Below the pieces are notes generated by a model. That model was not told the DNA's origin and did not search any database. It saw only the letters and a program-made list of their open reading frames with translations. 50,737 nt of DNA from Octopus bimaculoides. Taxonomy: Eukaryota. Shown here piece by piece: positions 9,353-21,923 of this stretch. The position numbers and the translations under genes are program-made. How positions within the stretch are numbered: the stretch's first letter is position 1; every line of letters starts with the position of its first letter. Location: NCBI RefSeq assembly GCF_001194135.2, contig NC_068981.1:102581482-102632218 (forward strand). The letters are read 5' to 3'.

Positions 9353-10924
9353 CACTATATAATTAATCTAAGAATGCTAATATACTAATGTTAAAATGGC
9401 ATTTTTTAATATATTCAGGTTGTAAATTGTAAATTCCGATGTATATCAAAATAAGGAAAATTTTACGAGTTTTAATATGGTATACAACTTTACAGCGTAA
9501 CATCAACATATTAATTTTAAATTAAAAATTAACTTTTATGCGTAATTTACGTCGCCACTTAATTTTAAAACGATTTGCAAAATTTCATTTTTTCCCCCTC
9601 ATTGACTAATATAAAGATATGATAATTTGCATGGTGTCACAATTTTTAAGTTACTTAATAGTTATGATGGGTAAGGGACAAAAACTTAACACCAGAAACC
9701 ACAGCGAGGATCATTCAGCTTTGTAGGCTGAAATGGTCATATAAAGCTATTTCAAACGACGTTGGATGCTCTAAACAACCTTCTACAATACTGTCCATCT
9801 TTATAAAGAACTAATGATTATAAAGACTGCTCTCGACTTGGGCAATCAAAAAAAAAAAACGGCAAAAATGGATAGATACATTCATAGACTGTCCCTAAAA
9901 AAAACCGAAAAATGACCATTGTTGACATTTTAAAAGAAATTCGGCACAAATATGGATTTATCATTGGAGTGTCCACCATAAAAAACCGTCTGAAAGGATT
10001 TGGACTTCTTGGAAGAATCTCTCACAAAAAGCCATACATTTCTTTAAAAACTCGACGCACTCCAATACAGTTCGCAAAAGAGCATTTGAATTGGATTCCA
10101 GCAGATTGGTCAAATGTGTTGTGGTCGGACATGTCAAAGTTCAGTTTGTTCGGCAATGATGACAGGAAGTGTGTAAGAAGGCGTATAGGCGAAGAATATC
10201 ATCTAGAATGCATCCGACCTACAATTAAGAGTGATGATGTGGGGTGCATGTCTGGAAAAGGCGTCGGTCCTATAATCTAAATCAAAGGCATTATGGATAA
10301 AACTATGCTTCCATACGCCCGAAATCATTTGGGCTGATCTTGGACTTTCCAGCATGGCAACGACTCGAAACACACCTCACACCTTGTCAGAGATCACATT
10401 AGGACTAAGAGAGTTCGGTTGAAGCAATGGCCGGCGCAGTCACTCGACCTAAATCCCATCGAAAATCTTTGAAAAAGGTTGGGTAGAGCTGTGCAGAGTA
10501 GTAAGCCAAAGAATAAGGATGATTTTTTAAAACAAAATTAGCCAAAATTGGGAAAAAATCTCAGGAACAGTGATAAATGATCTGAACAATTGTTTCGCAG
10601 ATTCAAAGTTGTATTAAGTAATTTTGGATACCCAACCAAATACTGATTATGTGAGGTTATTATTGTTTTTTGTTGATCTCAGAATAAACTTCTTAAAGCA
10701 AAAAATGAAATTTTACAAATCGTTCTTAAATTAATTGGTGCTATAAATCACGATAATTAAGATTTATTTTTAATTTAAAATTAATGTGTTGATGTTACAC
10801 TGTAAAGTTGTGAAATTTTCTTTATTTTGATATATATCTTAATTCACAATTTACAACTTGAATATATAAAAAATGTCATTTTAACATTAGTACAATAGCG
10901 TACTTAAATTAAATGGCGCCACTG
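9353..10924 (+). mobile_element. Tc1-family transposon with ~230-bp TIRs (IR/DR architecture)
   Basis: 9353-9593 is an imperfect reverse complement of 10700-10924; ~22-bp repeats at 10721-10742 and 10899-10920, with an inverted copy at 9551-9572. Confidence 0.9.
9664..10646 (+). pseudogene. Tc1 transposase pseudogene (DD34E type)
   Basis: MGKGQKL..HTH region..KKPYIS..WSNVLWSDMSKF..FQHGNDSKH..WPAQSLDLNPIENL..GYPTKY*; several frameshifts; second catalytic Asp position reads G. Confidence 0.9.
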
Positions 10925-10936
10925 TGTGTGTGTGTG

Positions 10937-10991
<55 letters not shown>

Positions 10992-11149
10992 ATACACACA
11001 CATAAACGTATCGACTTACGGTTAACAAAAGTCGGGATGCGTGGCGTTCATGCATTGAATACTAAAAAACGAAAAAAACGTACACGTAGGACAGACACAG
11101 AAGGACCTTAATTCTTCATTAGTTATCAACCGAAATGTTAATACTCAGT

Positions 11150-13663
11150 TTAAAAGGGCATGAAACTGAGAAATCGTGAAAGAAGAGTTAGACAGACTGG
11201 AAAAGAGTGGAATCATTAAAAAGATTGATTACTCTAAGTGGGCGCGCTTACGGTGTGCATTAAAAAGAAAAACAATAAGATTACGTCGGCTGTGTGCTGA
11301 TTTCCCTACAGGATTGAACGACTGCTTAAAGACATGCCACCATCCACTCCCGACTCAGAACATTTTCGCAAAATTAAATGGTGGAAAAATTTTCTCCAAA
11401 TTAGATCTGTCTGACGCTTATTCACAGATTAAAGTAAATGACAAATGCTCAAAGTATCTGACAATAAATACACATAGAAGATTGTACAGATATACTCGAT
11501 TGCCTTTTGGATTAAAGGTTGCACCGGCAATATTTCAGCAGATCATGGATGCTATGTTATCTGATTGTGAATTTGCTATCCCTTATTTGAACGATATATT
11601 TATTGATTTAAGAGTAATTCGCTCGAACAGCTTGTGGAGCATATAAAAGCTGTGTTCAAGAAAATTAAGGAGTATGGATTCACTTTGAGTGGAGAAAAAT
11701 GCGAATTCTTTTTGTTTCAAATTAAGTACTTAGGGCAAATAATTAATAAAAATGGTAGACGGCCTGACTCGTCGAAGGCAAACGCAATAAAGAATATGCC
11801 TGTTCCGACAAATATACTAACATTATAAGCGTTTCTTGGGCTGGTAACCTACTACCAAAATTACATTCCTAACATGCACAAATCAAGAGCTCCATTGAAT
11901 GATTTATTTAAAAAGGAAGTAAAGTGGAATTGGTCGGTTAAATAACAAAACGCGTTTGAAGAAATCAAAAAAATTCTAATTACAGATTTGTCTTTAGCGC
12001 ATTTCGATCCCGATTGTTGTAGCGTTTGATGTGTCGGAGTACAGAATAGGAGCAATTTTGTTACACATGCATAAAAATGGAAGTACGAAACCAGTGATTC
12101 GTGTTTCGCGCTCGCTAATAGCGGCAGAGAAAAAAAAAACAGTCAGATAGAAAAAGAAGCCCTATCGATTATCTTTGCGGTGAAAAATTTCACAGGTTTC
12201 TACATGATAGAAGTTTTATGTTACAAACAAATCATCGACCATTACTATCAATTTGTGGGTCAAAGAAAGGGTTAACTACCCATACAGCGAACCGACTACA
12301 AGGTTGGGGTACAACATTACTAAATTACAATTTCAAAATGCAGTATATTCCATCGAAAAAATTGGTCGTGTGGACTGTCTGTTGAGACTAATTTTAAAAA
12401 AAACTAGGAGATACCATGATAGCTGCACTGCAGGCAGAAAATGAAATAGATAGTATCATGATTAATGCTATCCAAGAACTGCCAGTGACTGCACAAGATA
12501 TAAGAATGAAATCTGTGGGCGATGAGTATATTACAAAAATGAAACAAACTTTAAAAAATAAGCAGAATAAAAATACAAATTCGAGTAGTCTCTCAATATG
12601 TGACGATATTCTGATGTATGTGCAAAGAGTTGTAGTACCGACTACATTACAAAAACGTGTATTACAGCAATTCCACAGCGCACACCCGGGAATGTCGAGG
12701 ATGAAAGCTCTGAGGAGATACGTCTATTGACCGACTATAGACCGGGGACATCGAAAATTTAGTGAGAACTTGTCAAGGTTGCGCGTTCGCGGCCACAGTC
12801 CCCCACCACACCCCAGTAAAATATCAATCGTGGCCGAAGACTGAGAACCCATGGTCTAGGTTACATATCGACTGTGCCGGACCGGTGAACAGCGCTTACT
12901 ATCTAATCGTGGTAGACAACTGTACAAAGTGGCCAGAGCTCTGCATGTGCAATAAACCAGCCACTAAGACAACTATAAAGTTCCTATATGAATTCTTTGC
13001 GCGATACGGTGTTCCAGACAAGTCAGTTTCTGATAATGGAACGCAATTCAAAAATTTCTGTAAAATGTGTGCGATAAAGCATATTTTCACTTCACCATAC
13101 CGCCCAAGGTCAAATGGGCAGGTAGAAAGATTCGTGGACACGTTCAAAAGAGCGTTAAGAAAAGCTTGGAATGGATTAAGTAACGACGAAGCACTAACAA
13201 AATTCTTAAGGGTATATAGAGTAACCCCCAATCCAAGTACAAATTCAGGAAAGTTACCGGCAGAGTTGATGTTCGCGAGAATAAAATCGATTTTTGATAA
13301 GTTATTGCCAGAGAAAATAAGATGTAAAGGAAATACAAAAGATGCAACGAAATATTTCGAAGTAGAAGATAAAGTGCATTTTAAAACTTGGAGAAATGGT
13401 AAAGAAGGATGGGAGAATGGCTTTGTAAGGAAAAAAATAGGAAGTATGATATATCTAATTAAATGATCACGCTGGGAACATAGGAGACACATAAATCAGC
13501 TAAAGAAGAGACATACCGAAGAACGGAGAGAATTTCCTATGGAAGTATTTTTTGATGTATTCGATGTCCCAGCACCGAAAATAACGGAGTCCTGTAGAAT
13601 CAGCATGAAAAAACGGAAGCAGGCAGAACACCTTGTGATAAAGTCCAATCGAAAACGATACTA
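11150..13663 (+). mobile_element. Ty3/Gypsy LTR retrotransposon pol remnant (RT, RNase H, integrase), frameshifted
   Basis: FSKLDLSDAYSQI..RLPFGLKVAPAIFQ..YLND; CEFFLFQIKYLG; RNase H region; HSAHPGMSRMK..C..C zinc finger; LHIDCAGP..VSDNGTQF..SNGQVERF. Domain order RT-RH-IN. Confidence 0.92.
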
Positions 13664-13720
13664 AAAATAGTAAATAAAATTTCTTTATTCCTTCGGAACT
13701 CGAAATCTCAAAAGAGGAGA

Positions 13721-13958
13721 TATAGTGGCGTCAGAATAGACGGGACAACTGCATATAAATAGTAGCGATCTGACGTAGTCGGCATTCGTAGTTTGGTCTT
13801 CGAAGTCCAGGTAGAGTTTACAGTTCGAGTTATTGTGTTGAAAATATTGATTATTGGTTCGTTGCGTGTTTGTTACTGCTGCTGTTTCTATTTTGTATTG
13901 TTATAACACTGTTGCAGTGTATTCTTTATCTATCGTTGACAATATCAACCATACTACG
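13721..13958 (+). mobile_element. candidate 3' LTR of the Gypsy element
   Basis: Polypurine tract aaaagaggaga (13710-13720), then tatagt..actacg (decayed TGTAGT..ACTACA termini); TATAAATA at 13754-13761. Confidence 0.65.
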
Positions 13959-14334
13959 GTGTTAGAGGCGTAAGGATATAACAATGTGTGTGTGTGTATG
14001 TATTATACATGTACCGGTAAGGATATATATACATATATATAGACAACAGATGAGATCCAGAGATTCTCGGTATAGAAAAAACTTAATAGCACTCAAATGA
14101 TTCGAACTTAGATTCCGATGTCTTTACGAATGACCAATTTCGCGAAGTAAAGAGTGGCTGTAAGAGGAATGAGGGTGATCAGATATGGAAGCAATTATAC
14201 GGATAAATAAATTAAATATAACAGCTTGGTTTTGATCTATTAATATAAATATCTATATATTTTAAATACTCATCGTCTTTGCTTTCTTTCTGTTTGCATG
14301 TATACATACATGCATACATACATACACACATATA

Positions 14335-14893
14335 CATAGTAATGTCTCACTTTACGATGACCTGCTTTACGAGACCCCGGGTTTACGAGTTTTATTTTTT
14401 GAAGCACAAGATCCAAATTTTGAACGAAGTGCAAAAGTTTCTACTATAACAAATTTTTCTGTGTGTTACCGAGACATTAATAGAGAGCGAAGAAAAGCTT
14501 CTTCTAAGCAAACAACTCTAGACTTTTTTTTAAAAAGAAATCCACAAGTCCGTCTACGATTCCTTGTGAATCGGCAATCACATCAACAAGTGATGGTGTG
14601 CGCGAGTCTAGTGCGAGTATAAGTGATTCAGAAAACGATAATAATAATAATATTTTTTATTATACATGATCTTGTCATTCTTTTTACTTTACTTAAAATA
14701 TTCTTTACATTCTACTGTTGTTTTATTGCCATTTATTTACAAGTATTATAAACTTTATTGGTGAAATATTTTTCTGGCAACGAATTACGATTTATAACAT
14801 TACTACTATGGGAAATTATTGGGGTGCTTTACGAGTTTTCACTTTACAAGCAGTCTCCGGGAACAAATTAACTCGTATATCGAGGCATTACTG
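14335..14893 (+). mobile_element. non-autonomous Tigger/pogo-like element
   Basis: Inverted termini tagtaatgtctcactttacga / tcgtatatcgaggcattactg|ta; second partial copy at 41732-42005. Confidence 0.8.
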
Positions 14894-14905
14894 TATATGT
14901 ATATA

Positions 14906-14941
<36 letters not shown>

Positions 14942-15588
14942 NNNNNNNNNNNNNNNNNNNNNNNNNNNNNNNNNNNNNNNNNNNNNNNNNNNNNNNNNNN
15001 NNNNNNNNNNNNNNNNNNNNNNNNNNNNNNNNNNNNNNNNNNNNNNNNNNNNNNNNNNNNNNNNNNNNNNNNNNNNNNNNNNNNNNNNNNNNNNNNNNNN
15101 NNNNNNNNNNNNNNNNNNNNNNNNNNNNNNNNNNNNNNNNNNNNNNNNNNNNNNNNNNNNNNNNNNNNNNNNNNNNNNNNNNNNNNNNNNNNNNNNNNNN
15201 NNNNNNNNNNNNNNNNNNNNNNNNNNNNNNNNNNNNNNNNNNNNNNNNNNNNNNNNNNNNNNNNNNNNNNNNNNNNNNNNNNNNNNNNNNNNNNNNNNNN
15301 NNNNNNNNNNNNNNNNNNNNNNNNNNNNNNNNNNNNNNNNNNNNNNNNNNNNNNNNNNNNNNNNNNNNNNNNNNNNNNNNNNNNNNNNNNNNNNNNNNNN
15401 NNNNNNNNNNNNNNNNNNNNNNNNNNNNNNNNNNNNNNNNNNNNNNNNNNNNNNNNNNNNNNNNNNNNNNNNNNNNNNNNNNNNNNNNNNNNNNNNNNNN
15501 NNNNNNNNNNNNNNNNNNNNNNNNNNNNNNNNNNNNNNNNNNNNNNNNNNNNNNNNNNNNNNNNNNNNNNNNNNNNNNNNNNNNNNNN

Positions 15589-15631
<43 letters not shown>

Positions 15632-16621
15632 CGCATACACACAAATATATGCATGTGAACACACTCACACACACACACAAACTGTCGAATGAGTTTTACG
15701 TACGCCCACGCGTGTAAGAAAAAACGGCAAACATTATAACACCTACAATGTATTGTCTTTTTAATACTGCCTGATATTCGGAAACGTGAATATCGAATAA
15801 CTAAACGTGAGGTGTTAGCTGCAATAATCCAAAGCAATCCACACCCACGCGTTAAGTACTGTTTTGAACTTCTCGCCTGTATCTACATGCTACACACGCG
15901 CGCGCGCACATACACGCACGATTTTTATTCGTTATTGCTATTTCGTGCACGTGGAATAACACCGCTTAAAATTAACTCAATGTAACCTCAAACCACACAC
16001 GCTCATACTTTCTCTCTGCAATGACACTTACAGAGACATCTTTTAATTTTGCTTTTAGTGACACAATATTTCATGTTTCACAGATCTGTACTCCCGGCAC
16101 TTGTAGTTAATGACTCTCTATTTCGTACTAACTTGAAAAGCAGAGGATATGGTGACTGTCTAACTTCAAAGTACTGAAGTTGACCTCAATACTTTGAATT
16201 ATATGTTTGCTGAATTATATGTTTATTGAATTATATGTTGAATCTCTTTCATGCTTTAGATTAGCATTTTTAGAACGAGTTGTAAATTATTTACTTTTTT
16301 TTAAAATTCAATAATTAATATTTAGAGTATTAATCTAGATATGCACTGCCAACCTTGCTTACTTCTTCCTTACATATAGAGAGATATCCACACGCGCATG
16401 AGTATACGTATGAAAGCATACACACAATACGGACTGCAATGGTGGAATACGTGTATGTACAAGTGAACACATTACTATATTCACAAACATTCAATAAATT
16501 AATATTTCTTTAAAAGAAAGCAAAAAATAAAACCAAATATATAACAAAAAAAATCAAACAAAACAATAATACAAACGTAAATAAATACATATTCCATTTC
16601 ATTATTTTTTTACTTCACTTA

Positions 16622-16826
16622 AGATGGTATGTTGTCAGGATCATTAACATACCGGGCAAGACGCATAGCGGCATTTCGTCCGTCTTTACGTTCATTTTCC
16701 GCAGTGCTCAACCTTGTCTTTCATCCATTCGGGGTCGGTAAAATAAGTACCAGCTGGGTACTGGAGATGATGCAATCGACTATCCCTCTCTCCCAAATTT
16801 CAGGCCTTGTGCCTATAGTAGAAAGG

Positions 16827-16895
<69 letters not shown>
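16622..16895 (+). mobile_element. SINE family A with (ATT)n tail
   Basis: Family A body ending ggccttgtgcctatagtagaaagg followed by a long (ATT)n run (16827-16895). Confidence 0.85.
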
Positions 16896-16897
<2 letters not shown>

Positions 16898-17670
16898 AGC
16901 GGTGGGCTGGCAGAATCATTAGCACACCGGACAAAATGTCTAGCGGCATTTCGTCTGTCTTTGCCCTCCGAGTTCAAATTCCAGCGACGTCGACTTTGCC
17001 TTTCATCTTTTCGGGATTGATTAAATAAATACCTGTTGAGCACTGGGGGTCGGTGTAATCGTTTCATCCCCTGCCTTCAAAATTGCTGGTATTGATCCAG
17101 AATTTGAAACCGTTATTTTTTCACCTCTCTTATGGTGGCGAGCTGTCAGAATCAGCATGCTTGGCGGTATTTCTTCCGGCTTTTTATGATCCGAGTTCAA
17201 AAGCTGCCGAGGTCGACTTTGCCTTTCGTGGTCGATAAAGTAAATAGCAGTTGAGCGTTGGAGTCGATGTGATCGACTTTCCCCTCCCATCAAAATTGCT
17301 GATGTTGTTCCAAAATTTGATACAGCTATTTTTACTTCTTTTACACGGCAAGCTGGCAGAATCACAACGATATCTCTTATATAAACTGTAAACACTTGTA
17401 TTTCAAAATCTTATTATCGTTGCGTCTTTTCATATTTTGTGGTTGTGACTGGGAAAATAGGATTGTAGTTCAATGTATGTACGTATATGTGTGTCGGCGT
17501 CGGACAAAATACTTAACGTCATTTCTTTTGACTCTTTACGTTCTGAGTTCAAATGTCACCGAGGTTGACTTTTCGTTTCATTCTTTTAGGATCAGTAAAA
17601 TAAGTACCAGTTGAGTAGTGTAATCATCTTTCCGCTCCGATCAAAATTGCTAACATTGTATTTCAAAGAA
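16896..17670 (+). mobile_element. run of further same-strand SINE family A copies (16896-17111, 17133-17324, head only ~17345-17365, ~17490-17670)
   Basis: Repeated gagctg(g/t)cagaatc head, gagttcaaa B-box and gac(t)ttt(gc)ctttc core. Confidence 0.8.
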
Positions 17671-17759
17671 TAACATTTGCCTTCATTTAAATGCAAGTTA
17701 TGTGAATTAAAAGAAAAAAATTCTAGCTGATACATCAAGATTAAAAAAAAAAATGTTAA

Positions 17760-18140
17760 CTTTGTTAGGGTTATTTCAACAGAACTTATAGTCAGCACTG
17801 GTTTTTGTTACATTTCGTACCGAGACGTCAAATGTAAAGAGAGAATGTAATCAAAGACAAAAGTGGATAATGAGTGTATATGCCATAATTTCGGTGAGGT
17901 TGTTGCCCCTTCTTCAGCAATCATTGCCGCCGAACACATTGCTTATAGAGCCTATATAAGCAATGCTTATATTGCTTCCGAATACATTGCTTATGTAGCC
18001 ACCGCACACAGCGGTGTTACGTTATTGGCTATAATACCAATTTATATATTAGACGCATTCTTGGGGCTGGAAAGCAAATATTAAAGATATGTAAGCACGT
18101 GGTACTTCGTTATGCAAACACAGTATACTATAAGGTATAA

Positions 18141-18187
<47 letters not shown>

Positions 18188-18735
18188 ATATTATAAAGTA
18201 TACTATAACGTATACTAATTGGTATATCCAATAACTTATCACCGCTATATGCGGTGGCTATATAAGCAATGTGTTCGGAGGCAAGAGTGGGTTTGATGAG
18301 TACTTCGTTATACAAACACAATATACTATAAGGCATACCATAAGGTATACTGATTGGTTTATCCAATAATTTAACACCGTTGTATATGGTGGCTATATAA
18401 GCAATATGTTCGGACGCAATAGTGGATTAGATGAGAGCTGAAGAAGGGGCAACAACTCCCGGAATATGGCATGTACACTCATTACCCACTTTTGTCTTCG
18501 ATCACATTGTCTGTTTACCGTGGACCATAGACCAAACTTGACTGTAAAAAGGATTTAGATAATCCTATCAGGTGGTGCTATTAAGTTAGACGTGGCCTGG
18601 ACCAATCTTTGGTCGAAACAAATCTAAGTTTTATCTCAGTTTTTACATCTGACATCTCGATACGAAACGTTGTAGCAAACATCAGTGTTTGCTATAAGTT
18701 CTATTGAATATTTGTAGAAATAACCTTAACAAAAT
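17760..18735. mobile_element. ~1 kb foldback-like element with long modular inverted arms
   Basis: 17760-17830 pairs with 18640-18735; 17845-17917 with 18437-18510; 17960-18040 with two direct copies at ~18218-18280 and ~18350-18415; flanks aatgttaa / aatgtaaa. Confidence 0.75.
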
Positions 18736-18967
18736 AATGTAAAAGCACTGCTGACGCAATAGAACGTGGTATTGACTTACGAAAACAATTAGTATCCCTT
18801 ATAGTATATTGTGTTTTGCATAACGAAGTACCACGTACCTACAAATCTTAAATGTCTTAACATTTCATCTTTCAAACTGAAATTTCTTTTTCAAAAAATA
18901 TTCAGTTTACGTTGTCATTATTTTTTCTTTTATGTCAAGGTAATATTTTCCAAACACATCTTATTTC

Positions 18968-20775
18968 GTTTTGTTGTTGCTTTAAGCCAAGGTCAGTTAT
19001 GATTGAGCAGACCTTTAATCTGCTTCACCTGAACAACTGTGACCATCCTCTCTTTTTATGCAGGGTGTCATTATGATGGGGCACATTTTATTCGTACTTA
19101 GGTAATGTATTATGCATTTCCCTTAATAAATATGCTTTTTTCAGTCCGAGTTACTTCTGTTTAAAATCTATCCTGTCATGATCTTTAAACTTGTCGCTAA
19201 ATCAAATCAAATCTGATAAATTTCTAAGAATATTTGACAGTAAAGTGTATTGAGATCTGACAGCTCAACGGAGAATGAGGCACGCGAATGGTGGTAATTT
19301 GTTTAATAAGTCGTTTTTAACTGTTGAACTCGAAGTAAATAAAGCTATAAAGAAGAGCATATAAATTTTGGGTTTAAAAGAAGAAAAATATTTGATAGAA
19401 AGTCAAAGACTGCCTGTAAACATTTAATTGCTTATTTATTAATTTGTGAATTTCGAGTCGTTAGCAAAACTTAATGCGTCACAGAAAACTATATCTATAA
19501 AAATGTTCAGTGTTGTAAGTTTAGAAAGCTTTAATTTGGGTGATATAGTTAATTATAGAGACTTCGCTTATTTAGCTGTCAGCAATAAGAACCAAATATT
19601 CGAGAAATGTTAACATCACAGGTACTGCATCTTTGCTGAAATATTAATCACAAGCCGTAGCAATTAATTACTGACTTAGGAGTTAATTACTAACACTCGT
19701 AGTTAATCACTGGGCTTGAGCAACATTTAATTTTTATTTTTACATTGAATTGTCGTTATTTTTTGTATTTGTCGTTTTTGTTAACTACAGAGCAACCCCG
19801 GTCGAGCCTGTCTATGGTCACACACATTCCAGCGACGAACAATCCGTCTTTTTATAGGTATCTAGAACTACACTATCTAATGTTCTTTCCATTTTAAAGA
19901 TAGCAAGCTGTGATTGCAGGAAATTTTGACTGTTATTTCTAGCAGATTAGGTGACCACCTTTAGAAGGTCTCTAGTTGGTCTTCTTACATAGTGTAACAT
20001 ACATGATCCAAAATTCATTATTGCACTTTGCACAGTTTGAATATATGAAAGTAAGTACCGCTCCCATTTTATGGTCGAATGACCTCCATGCAAAGTGTCC
20101 AGATTTGTAGTCAGTGTTACTGCAAGCACAACACTATAAGCAATGAGCAACAATGGGTAAGTTGCAATATTGAATTTTGTATTTATCTACTTTGGTAATA
20201 TCGATCTTATTGATTTATTGATCTCTTTTCTTAAAAACCCTTTCAAGTTTTGATCATGTGGCAGCACTCAATGTCATGTTTACAGCAAATTCACATCAAA
20301 ATAAATATCATAACCTTATAAATCTTCATAATGCAGTTGAGATTACTTTCGTTATTCTAAAGCAATTTGTTTACAATGGAAAGCATATTTAAAAGGCAGT
20401 CAATAAAGTAGTTCTTTGTAACTATGTTACTATGTTAGTTACTCTAACCAGCTCCACTCCTTTCACGTGGACTAATTATCTCCCTTTAAAACTACTGTCT
20501 TGAATGTGTTTAGCAGAGCCGACACTTTGGCAAACCATTGACAAACAATCAGAAATAAAAGAACACAGTGGTGAGTTGTTGTTTAGCCCAGGTTAACTCT
20601 AACTAACCTAATCTGTGCTCAAAAAAACGTTCCAACCATGTCAATGTCATCTTTTTAGGGATATGTTGAGCTACATCATCCAATGCGTCCTTTCTTTCTA
20701 CTTGATGGTGAAATATCATTTGAGAGATTTGGCTGCTATTCCTCACTAGGTGAGTGACCACATACAGGCTCCCCT
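18968..20775 (-). repeat. three decayed copies of an old interspersed repeat, family E (18968-19052, 19790-19960, 20575-20775)
   Basis: Shared ggtcac..aaatagcagccaaatct..ggacgcattgga..gacc(t)gg(g)ctaaacaacaac motifs; also found on + at 35100-36142 and 39255-39760. Confidence 0.6.
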
Positions 20776-20864
20776 TCTCTTGTTTATGGTGTGTTAATTT
20801 GTCCAAGTCGAGACGTAGATGAACCTTGATTGAACAGACTCTTGATCAAATGTATTCTTGTCGT

Positions 20865-21843
20865 GTGGGAAATGAGCCATGGCTCGGAAAGGTGGTAATA
20901 TGATGGTGGAAACCTGGACTGTAAGCAGATAGCAATTCTAGACCCGCAAGTTCCTTAAGTTCGTGCTTTGTCACATTTGCAGTGTGTGCTGGGGCATTTT
21001 CATACAATAGGAGTGCGTCTTTGATTGGCCAATGCCAAATAGCGGACTTTCAAAGCATCATATACTTGCTGCAGTTGTTAAACATAAAGGTTAGCGTTCA
21101 CAGACTGGCTATCTGGGACAAGCTCAATGTGCAACACCCTTCGAAATTTCACCAAAAACACAACATAATCTTCTGTTCAAACCACTATGGCATGACAAGA
21201 GGTTCTGAAGCCTGGCCGGAACAAAGCCACTGATTTCTTTTGTTAGGATTACGAAATTAGATCCATTTTTCATCTCGAAAAACGGGCGTCTCGAGGATTT
21301 GTCAGTTATTTGTAAATATTCACACATCGTTGAACCCGGTCATTGGTCAGTTCATGAGGAGCTTCTTAGCAGCGCCTGTTCACTAGGCCGAGCTTATGTT
21401 GGTGTCGATTGATGATGCTTTGTGAAGTACTAAGTTTCGCCGACTATGTACATTTGCTTGTGCTTAACTGTTCGACCATTTCAAGGAAGGCCGCATCTTC
21501 CACAACAGATCTTGCTGTCTTTGGTTTGTCTTCGAAGTTGGTGACACCTTCCTTGAAACTTCTGAACTATTTTTGTGCTACATGTTCTTCGACAGTTCTT
21601 GGGACTTCCAACTCATTAATTTTTTTGCCGCTGCCCTTGCACTCAGTCCTTTTTTCCACAGGTTGTGTAAAATGGCTCTAATTGCAATTCTTTCACCACT
21701 CATTATCAAAGATTTACATTAAAGAATAGAAAATTCAGTAACGACTGGACAACAATTTGTATCAAATTAATAATACAACGTGGAGATACAAGTTACCAAA
21801 AATCATTAGTGAAAATCTGGAAACTTTTGATTGAACATGGTGT
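20865..21843 (-). mobile_element. mariner-type (DD34D) transposon remnant with transposase pseudogene (ATG at 21703)
   Basis: MSGERIAIRAILHNLWKKGLSARAAAK..FRSFKEG..EDKPKT..PHELT..DEKWI..K(I)MLCVF..ENAPAH..AYSPG..YYHLFRAMAHF; one candidate TIR caccatgttcaatcaaaagtttcc at 21819-21843. Confidence 0.85.
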
Positions 21844-21848
21844 GTGTG

Positions 21849-21884
<36 letters not shown>

Positions 21885-21923
21885 AGAGGAAGTCAAAAAT
21901 TATCCGCACTTTCGGATTTGACA

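Noticed and set aside
12899-13492. 197-aa minus-strand ORF
   Set aside because: Antisense shadow of the Gypsy integrase ORF
13958-13978. PBS-like ggtgttagaggcgtaaggat after the LTR, and ggttaacaaaagtcgggat at ~11019
   Set aside because: Both are too diverged from a TGGTGTCAGAAGTGGGAT-type primer site to support a tandem element or to place the 5' LTR
14819-15837. Long ORFs of 250-360 aa here and at 26866-28039, 41211-41793, 42651-43397 and 44356-44998
   Set aside because: Made of N gaps (about 14942-15588, 27115-27776, 36872-37035, 41281-41731, 42776-43210, 44475-44854) plus microsatellite translation
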